64,000 nt of DNA from positions 4,715 to 68,714 of the forward strand of contig CAZJTM010000004.1 in NCBI GenBank assembly GCA_964548925.1, in the 5' to 3' direction. Shown here piece by piece: positions 45,970 to 54,410 of this stretch. Under the pieces are notes generated by a model. The model saw nothing but the letters and a program-made list of their open reading frames with translations. It did no database searches and was not told the origin of the DNA. How positions within the stretch are numbered: position 1 is the stretch's first letter; every line of letters starts with the position of its first letter. The translations under genes and the position numbers were made by a program. The stretch is from an uncultured Verrucomicrobiota bacterium. GTDB taxonomy: Bacteria; Verrucomicrobiota; Verrucomicrobiia; Limisphaerales; MWDV01.

Positions 45970-46142
45970 CCTTCTTAACGCAAAGATGCAAAGACGCAAA
46001 GGCGCAAGATGTTTGATGGACTGGAAAGGGCGCTTATTGGACTCACCGGCTATTGAACGCCAACGGGCCAGCCATCGAGAGGTGATCTCGCAAGAACCAC
46101 TTTGCGTCTTTGCGCCTTTGCGCCGTTGCGTTGAATTCGGAC
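45970..46142. repeat. ~170-bp element with ~40-bp terminal inverted repeats made of tandem RCGCAAAG octamers (copy 2)
   Basis: The left arm is accttcttaacgcaaagatgcaaagacgcaaaggcgcaagatg. The right arm is cactttgcgtctttgcgcctttgcgccgttgcgttgaattcggac. Both copies end in gcgttgaattcSgac, and similarity continues a short way beyond (gaaRgcttac). Confidence 0.7.
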
Positions 46143-46156
46143 TGAATTGAAAAGGC

Positions 46157-46801
46157 TTACGCATGGGCAGTGGTTTGTTCCAGCCGTTGCACTTCGGCTT
46201 TCACCAGTTTGGCAATGCGATGATAGGTGACATAAACCTTCGGCAGGCTGGCGCCGGTCAGTTTGGCGACGTCGCGCACGCCCAGGCCTTTGACGGCGTG
46301 CAGGTGGAAAATCTGGTAGTGCTCCGGGTCGGCCCGGCGGCGGACGCGTTCCATCGCCACGTCCACAATGTTCTTCTGCCATTCCTCGTTCCAGATGGAT
46401 TCGAGGACGTCGGCGGCGGGGTCGGGCAGGTTGAGAGAGGTCTCGGTCGTGGTTTCCGCTGATGGCGCGACCAGGGGAACATTCTGTGGCCGGCGACGTC
46501 GGAAACGGTCGGCAATGCGACAGCGGGTCACGTGCATGAGCCAGCCTTTGAACGAGCACACGCCGGGGTCGTATTTGAAATCCGGCATCTTGCGCGCCAC
46601 GCCGATGACGGTCTCCTGCACCACATCCTCGGCTTCCTGGTCGCTCAAGCCGGCGCGGATGGCTGCGCCGTAAATGAGCTTCCAGTAGGTGTCGAAGAAT
46701 TCGCGCCAGCTCGGCTGGTCGTCGAGGTCGCGGAGGCGTTCGATCAACGACCGGCGCGTCGGCAGCAATTCATCCGGATTGGCGATGGACCTGGAGTTCA
46801 C
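46157..46801 (-). CDS. ECF-type sigma-70 family RNA polymerase sigma factor
   Basis: 214 aa with a GTG start. The region-2-like segment is FFDTYWKLIYGAAIRAGLSDQEAEDVVQETVIGVARKM..F...SFKGWLMHVTRCRIADRFRRR. The region-4 helix-turn-helix is GLGVRDVAKLTGASLPKVYVTYHRIAKLVKAE. Confidence 0.9.
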   Translation of the reverse strand: MNSRSIANPDELLPTRRSLIERLRDLDDQPSWREFFDTYWKLIYGAAIRAGLSDQEAEDVVQETVIGVARKMPDFKYDPGVCSFKGWLMHVTRCRIADRFRRRRPQNVPLVAPSAETTTETSLNLPDPAADVLESIWNEEWQKNIVDVAMERVRRRADPEHYQIFHLHAVKGLGVRDVAKLTGASLPKVYVTYHRIAKLVKAEVQRLEQTTAHA

Positions 46802-46982
46802 CGTTACGAGAGAACAATCGCAGGTCCGGGCTGATTTTTACAGAAATCTCTCCCGACGACCGCTGCCTGCAAGTCAATTCAGCGATGGCCTTGGGGATTA
46901 TCCCAACGCCGCGATCAGATCATCTGGCTTGGTCCGGACACTTTGGGCAGACGAGACGGGCATTGCCGTCCGACCGATGAGG

Positions 46983-47951
46983 TCAACCCGGCTTTAGCCC
47001 GCCCCGCTGGGCCAACGCAATGCCACCCATCAGGCCGGCCTTGTCGCCCAAGACCGAGCGCTCGATGCGCAGGTCTTGCGTCGGGATCATGCGCACGCGG
47101 CTGGCGATGGTTTCGCGCATGGGCACGGTGAGCAGGTCGCCCAATTCGGCCACTCCGCCGGCCAGAATGACTGTGTCAGCGTGCAGTGCCAGCATCAGGT
47201 TGGCCGTGGCAATGCCCAGCCACTCTGCCGCGCGCCGGATGGCAATGGCCACGCTGGCATCCCCGGCCCGCGCCGCTGCGCCCATCGTGGCGGGCGAGAC
47301 CTTGCCCATTTGCCCGTCGCAAATCTCGTAGAGCTTCGGCGCATTGCCGCTGGAGAACAAACGAACGCCCTCAGCCGTCAGCGCGGGACCGCTGATCAGC
47401 GTCTCAAGGCATCCTCGGCTACCGCAGCCGCAGGGCGGTCCATCGGGCAGCACGGTCATGTGACCCAGTTCGCCCGCCGCCCCCAGCGGCCCGAGCCGCA
47501 ATTGGCGATCCACCACCACGCCGCCGCCCACGCCGGTGCCGAGGGTGTAGAGGATCATTGTCCGCGAGTTGCTGCCGCTGCCGAACACCAGTTCGCCCAG
47601 CGTGGCCATGCGGGCGTCGTTGAGCAGATGCACGGGGCAACCGATCTTTGGTTCCAGCGTCGCGCGCACCGGCACGTCGCGCCACTGCGTTGGTAGGTTG
47701 GGCAGGAATTTGGTGACGCCGTGGTCGAGGTCCACCAAACCCGGCACGCCCATGCCCAACGCGGCGGGACGCGCCCCCGCCTTTGCGGCCAGCGCATTGA
47801 TCGCGTTCGCGATGCGCCCCAGCACGCCTTGCGGGCCTTCGTGGGAGTGGGTTGGTTCTTTCGCCTGGGCCACAATGCGGCCTTCGGCATCGGCGATGGC
47901 GGCGGTGAAGTTCGTTCCTCCGAGATCTACTCCGGCAAACAGGTTACTCAT
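46983..47951 (-). CDS. ROK-family sugar kinase (glucokinase-like)
   Basis: From the ATG at 47951 the protein reads MSNLFAGVDLGGTNFTAAI.. It carries the ROK signature and zinc motif GELGHMTVLPDGPPCGCGSRGCLETLISG. The ORF-track start at 48404 would overlap the upstream gene. Confidence 0.85.
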   Translation of the reverse strand: MSNLFAGVDLGGTNFTAAIADAEGRIVAQAKEPTHSHEGPQGVLGRIANAINALAAKAGARPAALGMGVPGLVDLDHGVTKFLPNLPTQWRDVPVRATLEPKIGCPVHLLNDARMATLGELVFGSGSNSRTMILYTLGTGVGGGVVVDRQLRLGPLGAAGELGHMTVLPDGPPCGCGSRGCLETLISGPALTAEGVRLFSSGNAPKLYEICDGQMGKVSPATMGAAARAGDASVAIAIRRAAEWLGIATANLMLALHADTVILAGGVAELGDLLTVPMRETIASRVRMIPTQDLRIERSVLGDKAGLMGGIALAQRGGLKPG

Positions 47952-47977
47952 TTGGGATTCGATGATGGGTTTGTGGT

Positions 47978-48892
47978 TCAGGAAAAGAAAGGTTTCAGGA
48001 CGTTGCCGGCGACTTTCACCGCGGCCTTGCGGCCTTCCAAGGTTTGGCCGAACGTCGGGTCTTCGACCTCGATGCACACCGGCCCGTCGTAGCCGATCTC
48101 GTAGAGCTTGGCCATGAATTGCGCCCAGTTCACTTCGCCAAATCCGGGGATGCGGGGGGTGTGCCATTGCTTCGGGAAGGCGAAGATGCCGACCTCGTTG
48201 AGCTTCTCGGGATGCACCGTCAGGTCTTTGGCGTGCAAGTGGAACAGCTTGTCCTTGAACTCCGCCAGCGGGCTGAGCGGGTCCATGCGCTGGAGAACGA
48301 AGTGGGACGGGTCGTAATTGAGGCCGAAGTTTGCCGACGGAATGTCGCTGAACATGCGCCGCCAGATGACTGGAGACACGGCGAGGTTTTTGCCACCGGG
48401 CCACTCGTCGCGGGTGAAGGACATCGGGCAGTTCTCAATGCCGATCTTCACGCCACAGTCTTCGGCCAGGGCAATGATCGGCTTCCAGGTTTTGAGGAAG
48501 CGCGGCCAGTTGTCGTCCACGGTCTTGGTCCAATCGCGGCCGATGAAGGTGTTCACATTCTTCAAGCCGAGCAGCGGCGCAGCTTTGATGACGCGCTTGA
48601 GCTGATCCACCGCCACCTTCGCCACGGTGGCGTCCGGATCCAGCGGGTTCGGGTAATAGCCGAGGCCGCTGATGCTGACGCCGTGCTTGGCGCACAGCGC
48701 GTTCACTTCGTCGGCTTGGGACTTCGTGAAGCCGGCCACATCTATGTGCGTGACGCCGGCAAATCGGCGCTCGGCCTTGCCGACGGGCCAGCACATGATT
48801 TCGACGCACGCGAACCGCTCGGCGGCGGCGAACGCGAGCACCTGGTCGAGATTGAGTTCAGGCAGGATAGCGGAGACGAATCCGAGTTTCAT
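47978..48892 (-). CDS. Sugar phosphate isomerase/epimerase (xylose-isomerase-like TIM barrel)
   Basis: 304 aa. [33 protein letters not shown]...IGIENCP...HLHAKD.. shows motifs typical of the AP endonuclease 2 / xylose-isomerase-like TIM-barrel family. Confidence 0.85.
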   Translation of the reverse strand: MKLGFVSAILPELNLDQVLAFAAAERFACVEIMCWPVGKAERRFAGVTHIDVAGFTKSQADEVNALCAKHGVSISGLGYYPNPLDPDATVAKVAVDQLKRVIKAAPLLGLKNVNTFIGRDWTKTVDDNWPRFLKTWKPIIALAEDCGVKIGIENCPMSFTRDEWPGGKNLAVSPVIWRRMFSDIPSANFGLNYDPSHFVLQRMDPLSPLAEFKDKLFHLHAKDLTVHPEKLNEVGIFAFPKQWHTPRIPGFGEVNWAQFMAKLYEIGYDGPVCIEVEDPTFGQTLEGRKAAVKVAGNVLKPFFS

Positions 48893-49032
48893 AGATTGTG
48901 GTCAGTTGTTCGTGGTCAGTTGTTGGTTGCGGAAGAAAAGTGGTTTCGGTGGCAGCGGACGTGAGTCCTCTCGAAAGTCAGCAACGATGGAGCGGCCTTG
49001 ACGTCCGCTGCTACAGGGGGCTGGGCGCGGCT

Positions 49033-50187
49033 TCATACCTTCGTCCACTGTTTGGAGCGGTTGCTTTCCATGATCGCCTCGCAGACCGCGACCTCGGCGT
49101 GACCATCCGCAGCGGTGGCGAACAAAGACTCGCCTTTGCCGCCGGAGGCGATCGCCGAATAGATGTTCCGGAAAAGCATCTTGAACGTGTCCGGAAAGCC
49201 TTCAACGTGGCCAGGCGGGTAGTCCATTGAGCCGGTTGCCCCGTCTCCGAAAGCGGGCGTGGCGCGGATCACCGTTTCATTCGCGCTGTCGCGGTTGCCG
49301 AAGTGCAGCATCTCCGGTTCTTCCGAGCACCACCACGCGGATTTCTTCGAGCCGTAGATTTCGAGGCGGATGCAGTTCTTGCGACCGGCGGCAACTTGCG
49401 ACACGCCCAGGTTGCCCCGTGCGCCGTTGTTAAACTGAAGCAACACGCTGGCGAAATCCTCGGTGGCGACCTTGTAACTGGCGTATTTCACCGTGCCGTC
49501 CGCCTTGGCGAAGGTCTGCACTTCGCCGAGCGGACGTTTGCGCGTCTTGTGCCACGTGCAGAGGTCGGCAAACACGGACGTGATCTTCGCGCCGAGAATG
49601 AAGGAAACGGTGTCCATCCAGTGCGTGCCAATGTCGGCCACAGCGCGGAGTTTGCCGCCCTCGGCAGGAAGCAGTCGCCAGTTGTAGTCCGTGTCCTTGA
49701 AGAGCCAGTCCTGGAAATACGACCCGTTGACGTGGATGATCTCGCCGAGTTCGCCGTTCGCCACCGCATGCCGCAGTTGAAGGACGGCGGGGTAAAAACG
49801 GACGTTGTAGTTTACGGCGAAGACCGTGCCAGCCTTGTGGGCCGCTCTGACGATGGCCGAAGTTTCGCGCGTGTTCATCGCCAGCGGCTTCTCGCAAATG
49901 ACGTGCTTGCCGGCTTTCAGCGCCGCCAGCGACATCTCGGCGTGGAAACGGTTCGGCGCAGTTATGTGGACAACGTCCACGTCTGGCGACTGGAGCAGCT
50001 CCCGGTAATTGCCAAATGCCTGCGGGATGGCCAGGCGCTGAGCAGCCGCCTGGACGCGATCCGGCACATCGCACAAGGCGGCGACCTGGACGCCCAACCG
50101 GCGCAGGGCTTCGATGTGAACCGGGCCGATGAACCCGGTGCCGATGACACCGGCGCGGAGTTTGGAGAGCGAGGGAGAGGTTGCCAT
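49033..50187 (-). CDS. Gfo/Idh/MocA-family oxidoreductase (cytoplasmic)
   Basis: From the ATG at 50187 the protein reads MATSPSLSKLRAGVIGTGFIGPVHIEAL...AGKHVICEKPLA.., showing the Rossmann and EKP motifs. Confidence 0.85.
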   Translation of the reverse strand: MATSPSLSKLRAGVIGTGFIGPVHIEALRRLGVQVAALCDVPDRVQAAAQRLAIPQAFGNYRELLQSPDVDVVHITAPNRFHAEMSLAALKAGKHVICEKPLAMNTRETSAIVRAAHKAGTVFAVNYNVRFYPAVLQLRHAVANGELGEIIHVNGSYFQDWLFKDTDYNWRLLPAEGGKLRAVADIGTHWMDTVSFILGAKITSVFADLCTWHKTRKRPLGEVQTFAKADGTVKYASYKVATEDFASVLLQFNNGARGNLGVSQVAAGRKNCIRLEIYGSKKSAWWCSEEPEMLHFGNRDSANETVIRATPAFGDGATGSMDYPPGHVEGFPDTFKMLFRNIYSAIASGGKGESLFATAADGHAEVAVCEAIMESNRSKQWTKV

Positions 50188-50213
50188 GCTTCGGTATTGT
50201 AATCGGTTTGCCT

Positions 50214-51734
50214 TCAGCCGACGCAGCCAAAGAAAGTGGGATACACTTCGCCGCGCGCCTCGCGAAGGATGAGCAACGCCAGCTCGCGCGCGTGGTAATC
50301 GCCCCACATGGAGCTTTCGCCGTTCGGAACTTTCTGGCCGGGTGCGATGTAATCCCAACCGTTCGGGCGATGGTAAACCGAGTGCAGGATGAGCCCTTGA
50401 TGCTTCGCGTCAGTACTGAGGTAGGGCTCGGAGAAAAGCGTCCGGGCGATGGTGAGGCCGGCTTGGCGATAGCGCCGGCCCAATTGGTGATGGACGATGG
50501 CCGATGGCCGATTTCGCGTCGGGTCGGGTCGCAGCGCGGAAAGCAAGTAATTGCCCAAGCGGATCAAGCCTTGCGCGGCGATGGCCGCAGCGGAACTGTC
50601 CACTGGTTCCCAGTGATTGAACGGATCAGAAGGCTTGCTGAGGTAGTTTGCCGGCAAGCGATGCAAATCTGGCGCGCCGGTGTCCCACATCGGGATGCCG
50701 TCGGCGCAGCAGTTGGCGAGGTAGAAGTCGGCTGTCGCGAAGGCAGCTTTCAGCATCATGTCCAGCCGTTCCTTGGTTGGCTCTTCAACCACACTCGCCC
50801 GGAAGCTTCGAAAGCTCTTCAATTGCCTCGCCTTTGTCGCATCCATGTCCGAGTCAAACCAACTCGGAACAGTGGCCATCTCCATCTCGCGAAGCTGAAG
50901 CGTGCTGAAGTACTCAAGTTCCTCCGCAAACCCGCAAATCGCCCACGCCAACCCACGCGTCCAGGTGCTGAACGGCGAGTAGCCCTGCTGCGAGTTCGGG
51001 CAACGAAACAGCCCGCTCGCGGTGTTAAACACGGCCTCGTGAGCCGTGCGCCCGCGCACATCGTATGCATCACGCCCTTCTCCGTAATAAATGCTGTAGC
51101 GTGCCGTGTTCAACGCGTGCTCGACCAGCCGTTGCAGGAGCGAAATCTTCGAGTCCTGCTCGCCCATGAGCACATGGCCGAGTTGGTGGGCCACCGCCAG
51201 CGAGCGGCACGAGCGGATCGTGTCCACGAAGAGCGAATGCGGCCCGTTGAAGCTGTGAATGAAGCCCGTGCCGTCGGCGAGCTTCGTCCAGCGTGCTGCT
51301 TGCACCGCACCGCTCACTTTCAGCGCCAGTTCGTAAAAGTCCTTCTCCGACTGGTTGTGCGGAATCTTCCCTTCGCGCATCAGGCGGAGCAGGTTGCCGT
51401 AGGTGGAGATGTTGTTGAAGCCGTGATCGTGGACGCCGGTGTGCGAGACGTGCGTGACCATGCGCTCGACCGTGCCGCGCCGGCCGATCTCCATAAACCG
51501 CTCGTCGCCCATGGCATCGAACTGAAGCAATGCCGAGCCGTATTGGAAACCCTGCGTCCACTCCGTCCACCCGCGCGAGGTGTAGCGTCCCTTGACCGTG
51601 AACACCGGCGTGCCTTGCTCCGGCTTCCAAGTCTTTTCGATGCTGAGAATCTTTCCGCCGGAAAGCTCGAACAGGCGCTCGATCTTCGGCACGAGCTTCT
51701 GAGGCGTCAAACTGGTATCAATCTTGATGGCCAT
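50214..51734 (-). CDS. GH88-like (alpha/alpha)6 unsaturated glucuronyl/uronyl hydrolase family protein
   Basis: From the ATG at 51734 the protein reads MAIKIDTSLTPQK... WTQGFQYGSALL, HDHGFNN and ESSMWGDYHARELALLI resemble GH88/GH105-type motifs as I remember them. The upstream 378 codons of the listed ORF overlap the well-supported plus-strand gene and are rejected. Confidence 0.6.
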   Translation of the reverse strand: MAIKIDTSLTPQKLVPKIERLFELSGGKILSIEKTWKPEQGTPVFTVKGRYTSRGWTEWTQGFQYGSALLQFDAMGDERFMEIGRRGTVERMVTHVSHTGVHDHGFNNISTYGNLLRLMREGKIPHNQSEKDFYELALKVSGAVQAARWTKLADGTGFIHSFNGPHSLFVDTIRSCRSLAVAHQLGHVLMGEQDSKISLLQRLVEHALNTARYSIYYGEGRDAYDVRGRTAHEAVFNTASGLFRCPNSQQGYSPFSTWTRGLAWAICGFAEELEYFSTLQLREMEMATVPSWFDSDMDATKARQLKSFRSFRASVVEEPTKERLDMMLKAAFATADFYLANCCADGIPMWDTGAPDLHRLPANYLSKPSDPFNHWEPVDSSAAAIAAQGLIRLGNYLLSALRPDPTRNRPSAIVHHQLGRRYRQAGLTIARTLFSEPYLSTDAKHQGLILHSVYHRPNGWDYIAPGQKVPNGESSMWGDYHARELALLILREARGEVYPTFFGCVG

Positions 51735-51899
51735 GGTGTCTTCCGGTAGCCCGCGAATGATTGCCGGAAATCGGGGCCGACGCCAACAGCAAAGATGGGA
51801 CGGCGGTCGGGCGCAACTCCGGGATTGCCGTGCGCGCCGCGCGCGTGCAAACATCGCCCAATGTTCGACACGCGCAACAACCGAACCACCATCCAAGCC

Positions 51900-53228
51900 A
51901 TGAAACGACGCCAATTCCTCAAGACCGCTGCCGCCTTTGGAGCCACTACCCTTGTCTTGCCGCGCACGAAGGTCTTCGGCGCGGACGCCCCCAGCAACAA
52001 ACTGAACATCGCCTTCATCGGCACGTGGGGACGCGCCGACGCGCACTTCGGGGTAATGTCGAGCGAGAACATCGTCGCGCTCTGCGACGTGAACGAAGAC
52101 CACCTCGCCTTCGGCGCGAAGCGTTTCCCGAATGCGAAGACCTACGTGGACTGGCGAAAGTGTCTTGAGCAGAAAGACATCAATGCCGTGGTGATCTGCA
52201 CCGCCGATCACACCCACGCGTTCATCGCCAACTGGGCCATGAACCGCGGGATGCACGTGTATTGCGAGAAACCGCTGGCCAACAGCGTGGAGGAAGCCCG
52301 CGTGGTCCGGGCGACGTATCTGAAGAACAAGAGCAAGCTCGCTACGCAGGTCGGCACGCAGCGGCACGAGCACGAAAACTTCAACCGCGTGAGCGAGCTC
52401 GTTCGCGATGGCGCGATCGGCGAGTTGCAGGAGGTGTGCGCCTGGGGCAACCGCCAGATTCCGCGCCCAGGTTATCTGCCCGCCGCAGGCGAACCGCCAG
52501 CGGGTTTTCATTGGGATTTGTGGCTCGGGCCGTCGCCATTCCATCCGTTCAATCCCGGTTACATCGCGGGCGGTCCGGGGATGAATTGCCTGTCGTGGAA
52601 CATGTATTGGGACTTCGGCAGCGGCCAAGTCGGCGACATGGGCAGTCACACGATGGACCTGGCGTGGGACGCGATTGACGCGGGTCTGCCCACCACGGCG
52701 GAGGCCCAAGGCGACCCGTTCAATCCCGAAGTAACGCCCGTGAAGCTGCAGATGCGCTTTGACATTCCGGCGAACGAGTGGCGGCCCGCGATCAAGGTCG
52801 CGTGGTATCAAGGCGGCGCGATGCCCGAATCGCCGACGCGCGAAGTGGACCTCAACAAAATTGACCACGGCGCGATGTTCGAGGGCACGAAGGGCACATT
52901 GGTTGCCGGCTTCACCTCGCGCTTGCTGGTGCCGAACCGCCGGGGCGCCGACATGACCTATTACAAACCCCGCACGCAGGCGACTCTCCTCCCGCCCGTC
53001 GGCAATTTCCAGAAGGAATGGATCAACGCCTGCAAAGGCAGCCTCAAGACCTCGTGCGACTTCGACTACGGCGGCAAGATGATCGAGATGATGCTGCTTG
53101 GCTTGGTGGCCTACCGCGTCGGGAAGAAGATCAATTACGACGGTCAGGCGGGCCGCGTGCCGGACAACGCCGAAGCAGATGCACTACTCAAGCGCACCTA
53201 TCGGCCGGGGTGGACGTTGAACGGATAG
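51900..53228 (+). CDS. Tat-signal Gfo/Idh/MocA-family oxidoreductase (periplasmic; GFOR/GH109-like architecture)
   Basis: MKRRQFLKTAAAFGATTLVLP is a textbook twin-arginine signal. It is followed by LNIAFIGTWGRA (Rossmann) and ..GMHVYCEKPLA. An alternative ATG lies at 51861. Confidence 0.85.
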   Translation: MKRRQFLKTAAAFGATTLVLPRTKVFGADAPSNKLNIAFIGTWGRADAHFGVMSSENIVALCDVNEDHLAFGAKRFPNAKTYVDWRKCLEQKDINAVVICTADHTHAFIANWAMNRGMHVYCEKPLANSVEEARVVRATYLKNKSKLATQVGTQRHEHENFNRVSELVRDGAIGELQEVCAWGNRQIPRPGYLPAAGEPPAGFHWDLWLGPSPFHPFNPGYIAGGPGMNCLSWNMYWDFGSGQVGDMGSHTMDLAWDAIDAGLPTTAEAQGDPFNPEVTPVKLQMRFDIPANEWRPAIKVAWYQGGAMPESPTREVDLNKIDHGAMFEGTKGTLVAGFTSRLLVPNRRGADMTYYKPRTQATLLPPVGNFQKEWINACKGSLKTSCDFDYGGKMIEMMLLGLVAYRVGKKINYDGQAGRVPDNAEADALLKRTYRPGWTLNG

Positions 53229-53384
53229 TTGCGGCCCCGACGAAGATTTGCACCATGAGCAGGCTCTGAGTCGCTGGCGGAGAGGTTGTCTCGTTGTTCC
53301 CTCGCGTCTGCCAACAAAACGCAATCTTGGGTCAACCGTATCCATGCGGCAGAGACTCGGAGCCAGCGGACCAGCAGCTTCGTA

Positions 53385-53414
53385 GGACAGGCTTCCAGCT
53401 TGTTTCCATTTTCT
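53385..53414 (+). terminator. Candidate intrinsic terminator (hairpin with G-U pairs plus U-rich tail) downstream of the Tat-oxidoreductase
   Basis: ggacaggct-tcc-agcttgttt is followed by ccattttct. The three non-Watson-Crick positions would all be G-U in plus-strand RNA. The hairpin lies about 155 nt after the stop at 53228. Confidence 0.35.
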
Positions 53415-53491
53415 GCCTGACGGATCTCAGCTTGATGGCACGCGGTCAGGCCATCGTACCCGAGCAAGTGAGCTGAACCGCTGAAGTTGGA

Positions 53492-53510
53492 GACAGGCTG
53501 GAAGCCTGTC
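53492..53510 (-). terminator. Perfect 8-bp GC-rich hairpin just downstream of the SDR stop codon (no U-tract)
   Basis: gacaggct-gga-agcctgtc lies 18 nt after the SDR stop on the minus strand. It is also the right arm of a 27-nt long-range inverted repeat with 53381-53407. Confidence 0.3.
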
Positions 53511-53528
53511 CTACGGTCTGGACACGGC

Positions 53529-54323
53529 TCAAAGCCGGCGGAGGTGAAACCCGCCATCCACGTTGATGACCTCGCCGGTGCTAAACGGGAGCAAGTCCTG
53601 CGCGATGGCAGCCACAGCACGGCCAATGTCCTGCGGGGTGCCCCAGCGCTTGATCGGCGTCAACCCCTCTGCAATGAGTCGGTCGTACTTCTCCTTCACC
53701 GGCCCGGTCATGTCGGTGGCGATCACGCCGGGACGGATTTCATAAACATTGATGCCGTGTTCGGCCAGCCGTGCGGCGAATAGCGGAGTCAACATGGAGA
53801 GCGCCGCCTTACTCACGCAGTAGTCACCGCGGTTGATCGAAGCCGTGTAAGTGGAGATGGAAGAAACCGTGACGATTTTCGGATTTCGGATTTCGGATTT
53901 CGGATTTCGGATTTGCTCCAACATCCACTTCGCAACCAGTTGGGTCAGGAAGTACGGCCCCTTGACATTGATTGCGATCAGGCGGTCAAAACTCTCCTCG
54001 CTGGCGTCGAGGATATCCGCGCGCACGTTGGGCGCGACGCCAGCGTTGTTGACCAAGAGATCAATCCGACCGAACGCCTGTTTCGCAAAAGCCACGAGCT
54101 TTGCCCGATCCCCGGCCAGGCTGATGTCCGCCTGGCAGGTTTCCGCGCGGATGGTCTTGCCCGCCGCATGGCCTGCGGCAACGCAATCCGCGGCGGTCTG
54201 TTGGGCGGCGGCGTTGTTGCCGGCGTAGTTGATGACGAGAGCGTAACCCAGCTTGGCCAGTTCGAGCGCCACGCCGCGTCCAATACCGCGCGAGGCGCCG
54301 GTGATGAGCGCTGTCTGATTCAT
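53529..54323 (-). CDS. Short-chain dehydrogenase/reductase (SDR), 3-oxoacyl-ACP-reductase-like
   Basis: From the ATG at 54323 the protein reads [17 protein letters not shown].. (TGxxxGIG). It also has NNAG, and S...YxxxK in [23 protein letters not shown] heptamer-encoded insert is present (see the next feature). Confidence 0.9.
   Translation of the reverse strand: MNQTALITGASRGIGRGVALELAKLGYALVINYAGNNAAAQQTAADCVAAGHAAGKTIRAETCQADISLAGDRAKLVAFAKQAFGRIDLLVNNAGVAPNVRADILDASEESFDRLIAINVKGPYFLTQLVAKWMLEQIRNPKSEIRNPKIVTVSSISTYTASINRGDYCVSKAALSMLTPLFAARLAEHGINVYEIRPGVIATDMTGPVKEKYDRLIAEGLTPIKRWGTPQDIGRAVAAIAQDLLPFSTGEVINVDGGFHLRRL
53873..53914. repeat. Tandem heptamer array: one degenerate unit (CGATTTT) plus five perfect CGGATTT units, in-frame inside the SDR gene
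   Basis: Read directly from the sequence. Perfect units lie at 53880-86, 87-93, 94-900, 901-907 and 908-914. The 42 nt equal 14 codons and encode ..[12 protein letters not shown].. between WMLEQ and IVTVSS. Confidence 0.9.
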
Positions 54324-54410
54324 GGAGGCAGCATAGTTTGGGCGGCGCCCGCCAAAAGCCAAAACTGCGGCGGGACTTTACAGACCGGACGTGTTCCCTA
54401 TTCTCTCCCC

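Noticed and set aside
45433-46142. Octamer and heptamer tandem repeats considered as possible CRISPR arrays (also 53873-53914).
   Set aside because: The repeat units are 7-8 nt and directly tandem, with no spacers of 25-40 nt. No cas genes are present in the window.
51735-52868. N-terminal 378 codons of the 884-aa minus-strand ORF 50214..52868.
   Set aside because: This part overlaps the Tat-signal oxidoreductase on the plus strand, which has clear family motifs. Its own translation is Arg/His/Gly-rich. The hydrolase-like sequence begins cleanly at MAIKIDTS (51734).
53913-54410. Upstream extension of the aroB ORF, and similar extensions for ROK 47952-48404, cupin 36712-36888, oxidoreductase 50188-50358, pseudopilin 24386-24793 and hypothetical 38422-38559.
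   Set aside because: Each extension overlaps a well-supported neighbouring gene or intergenic sequence and lacks protein-like composition. An internal ATG or GTG coincides with the start of the recognisable domain.
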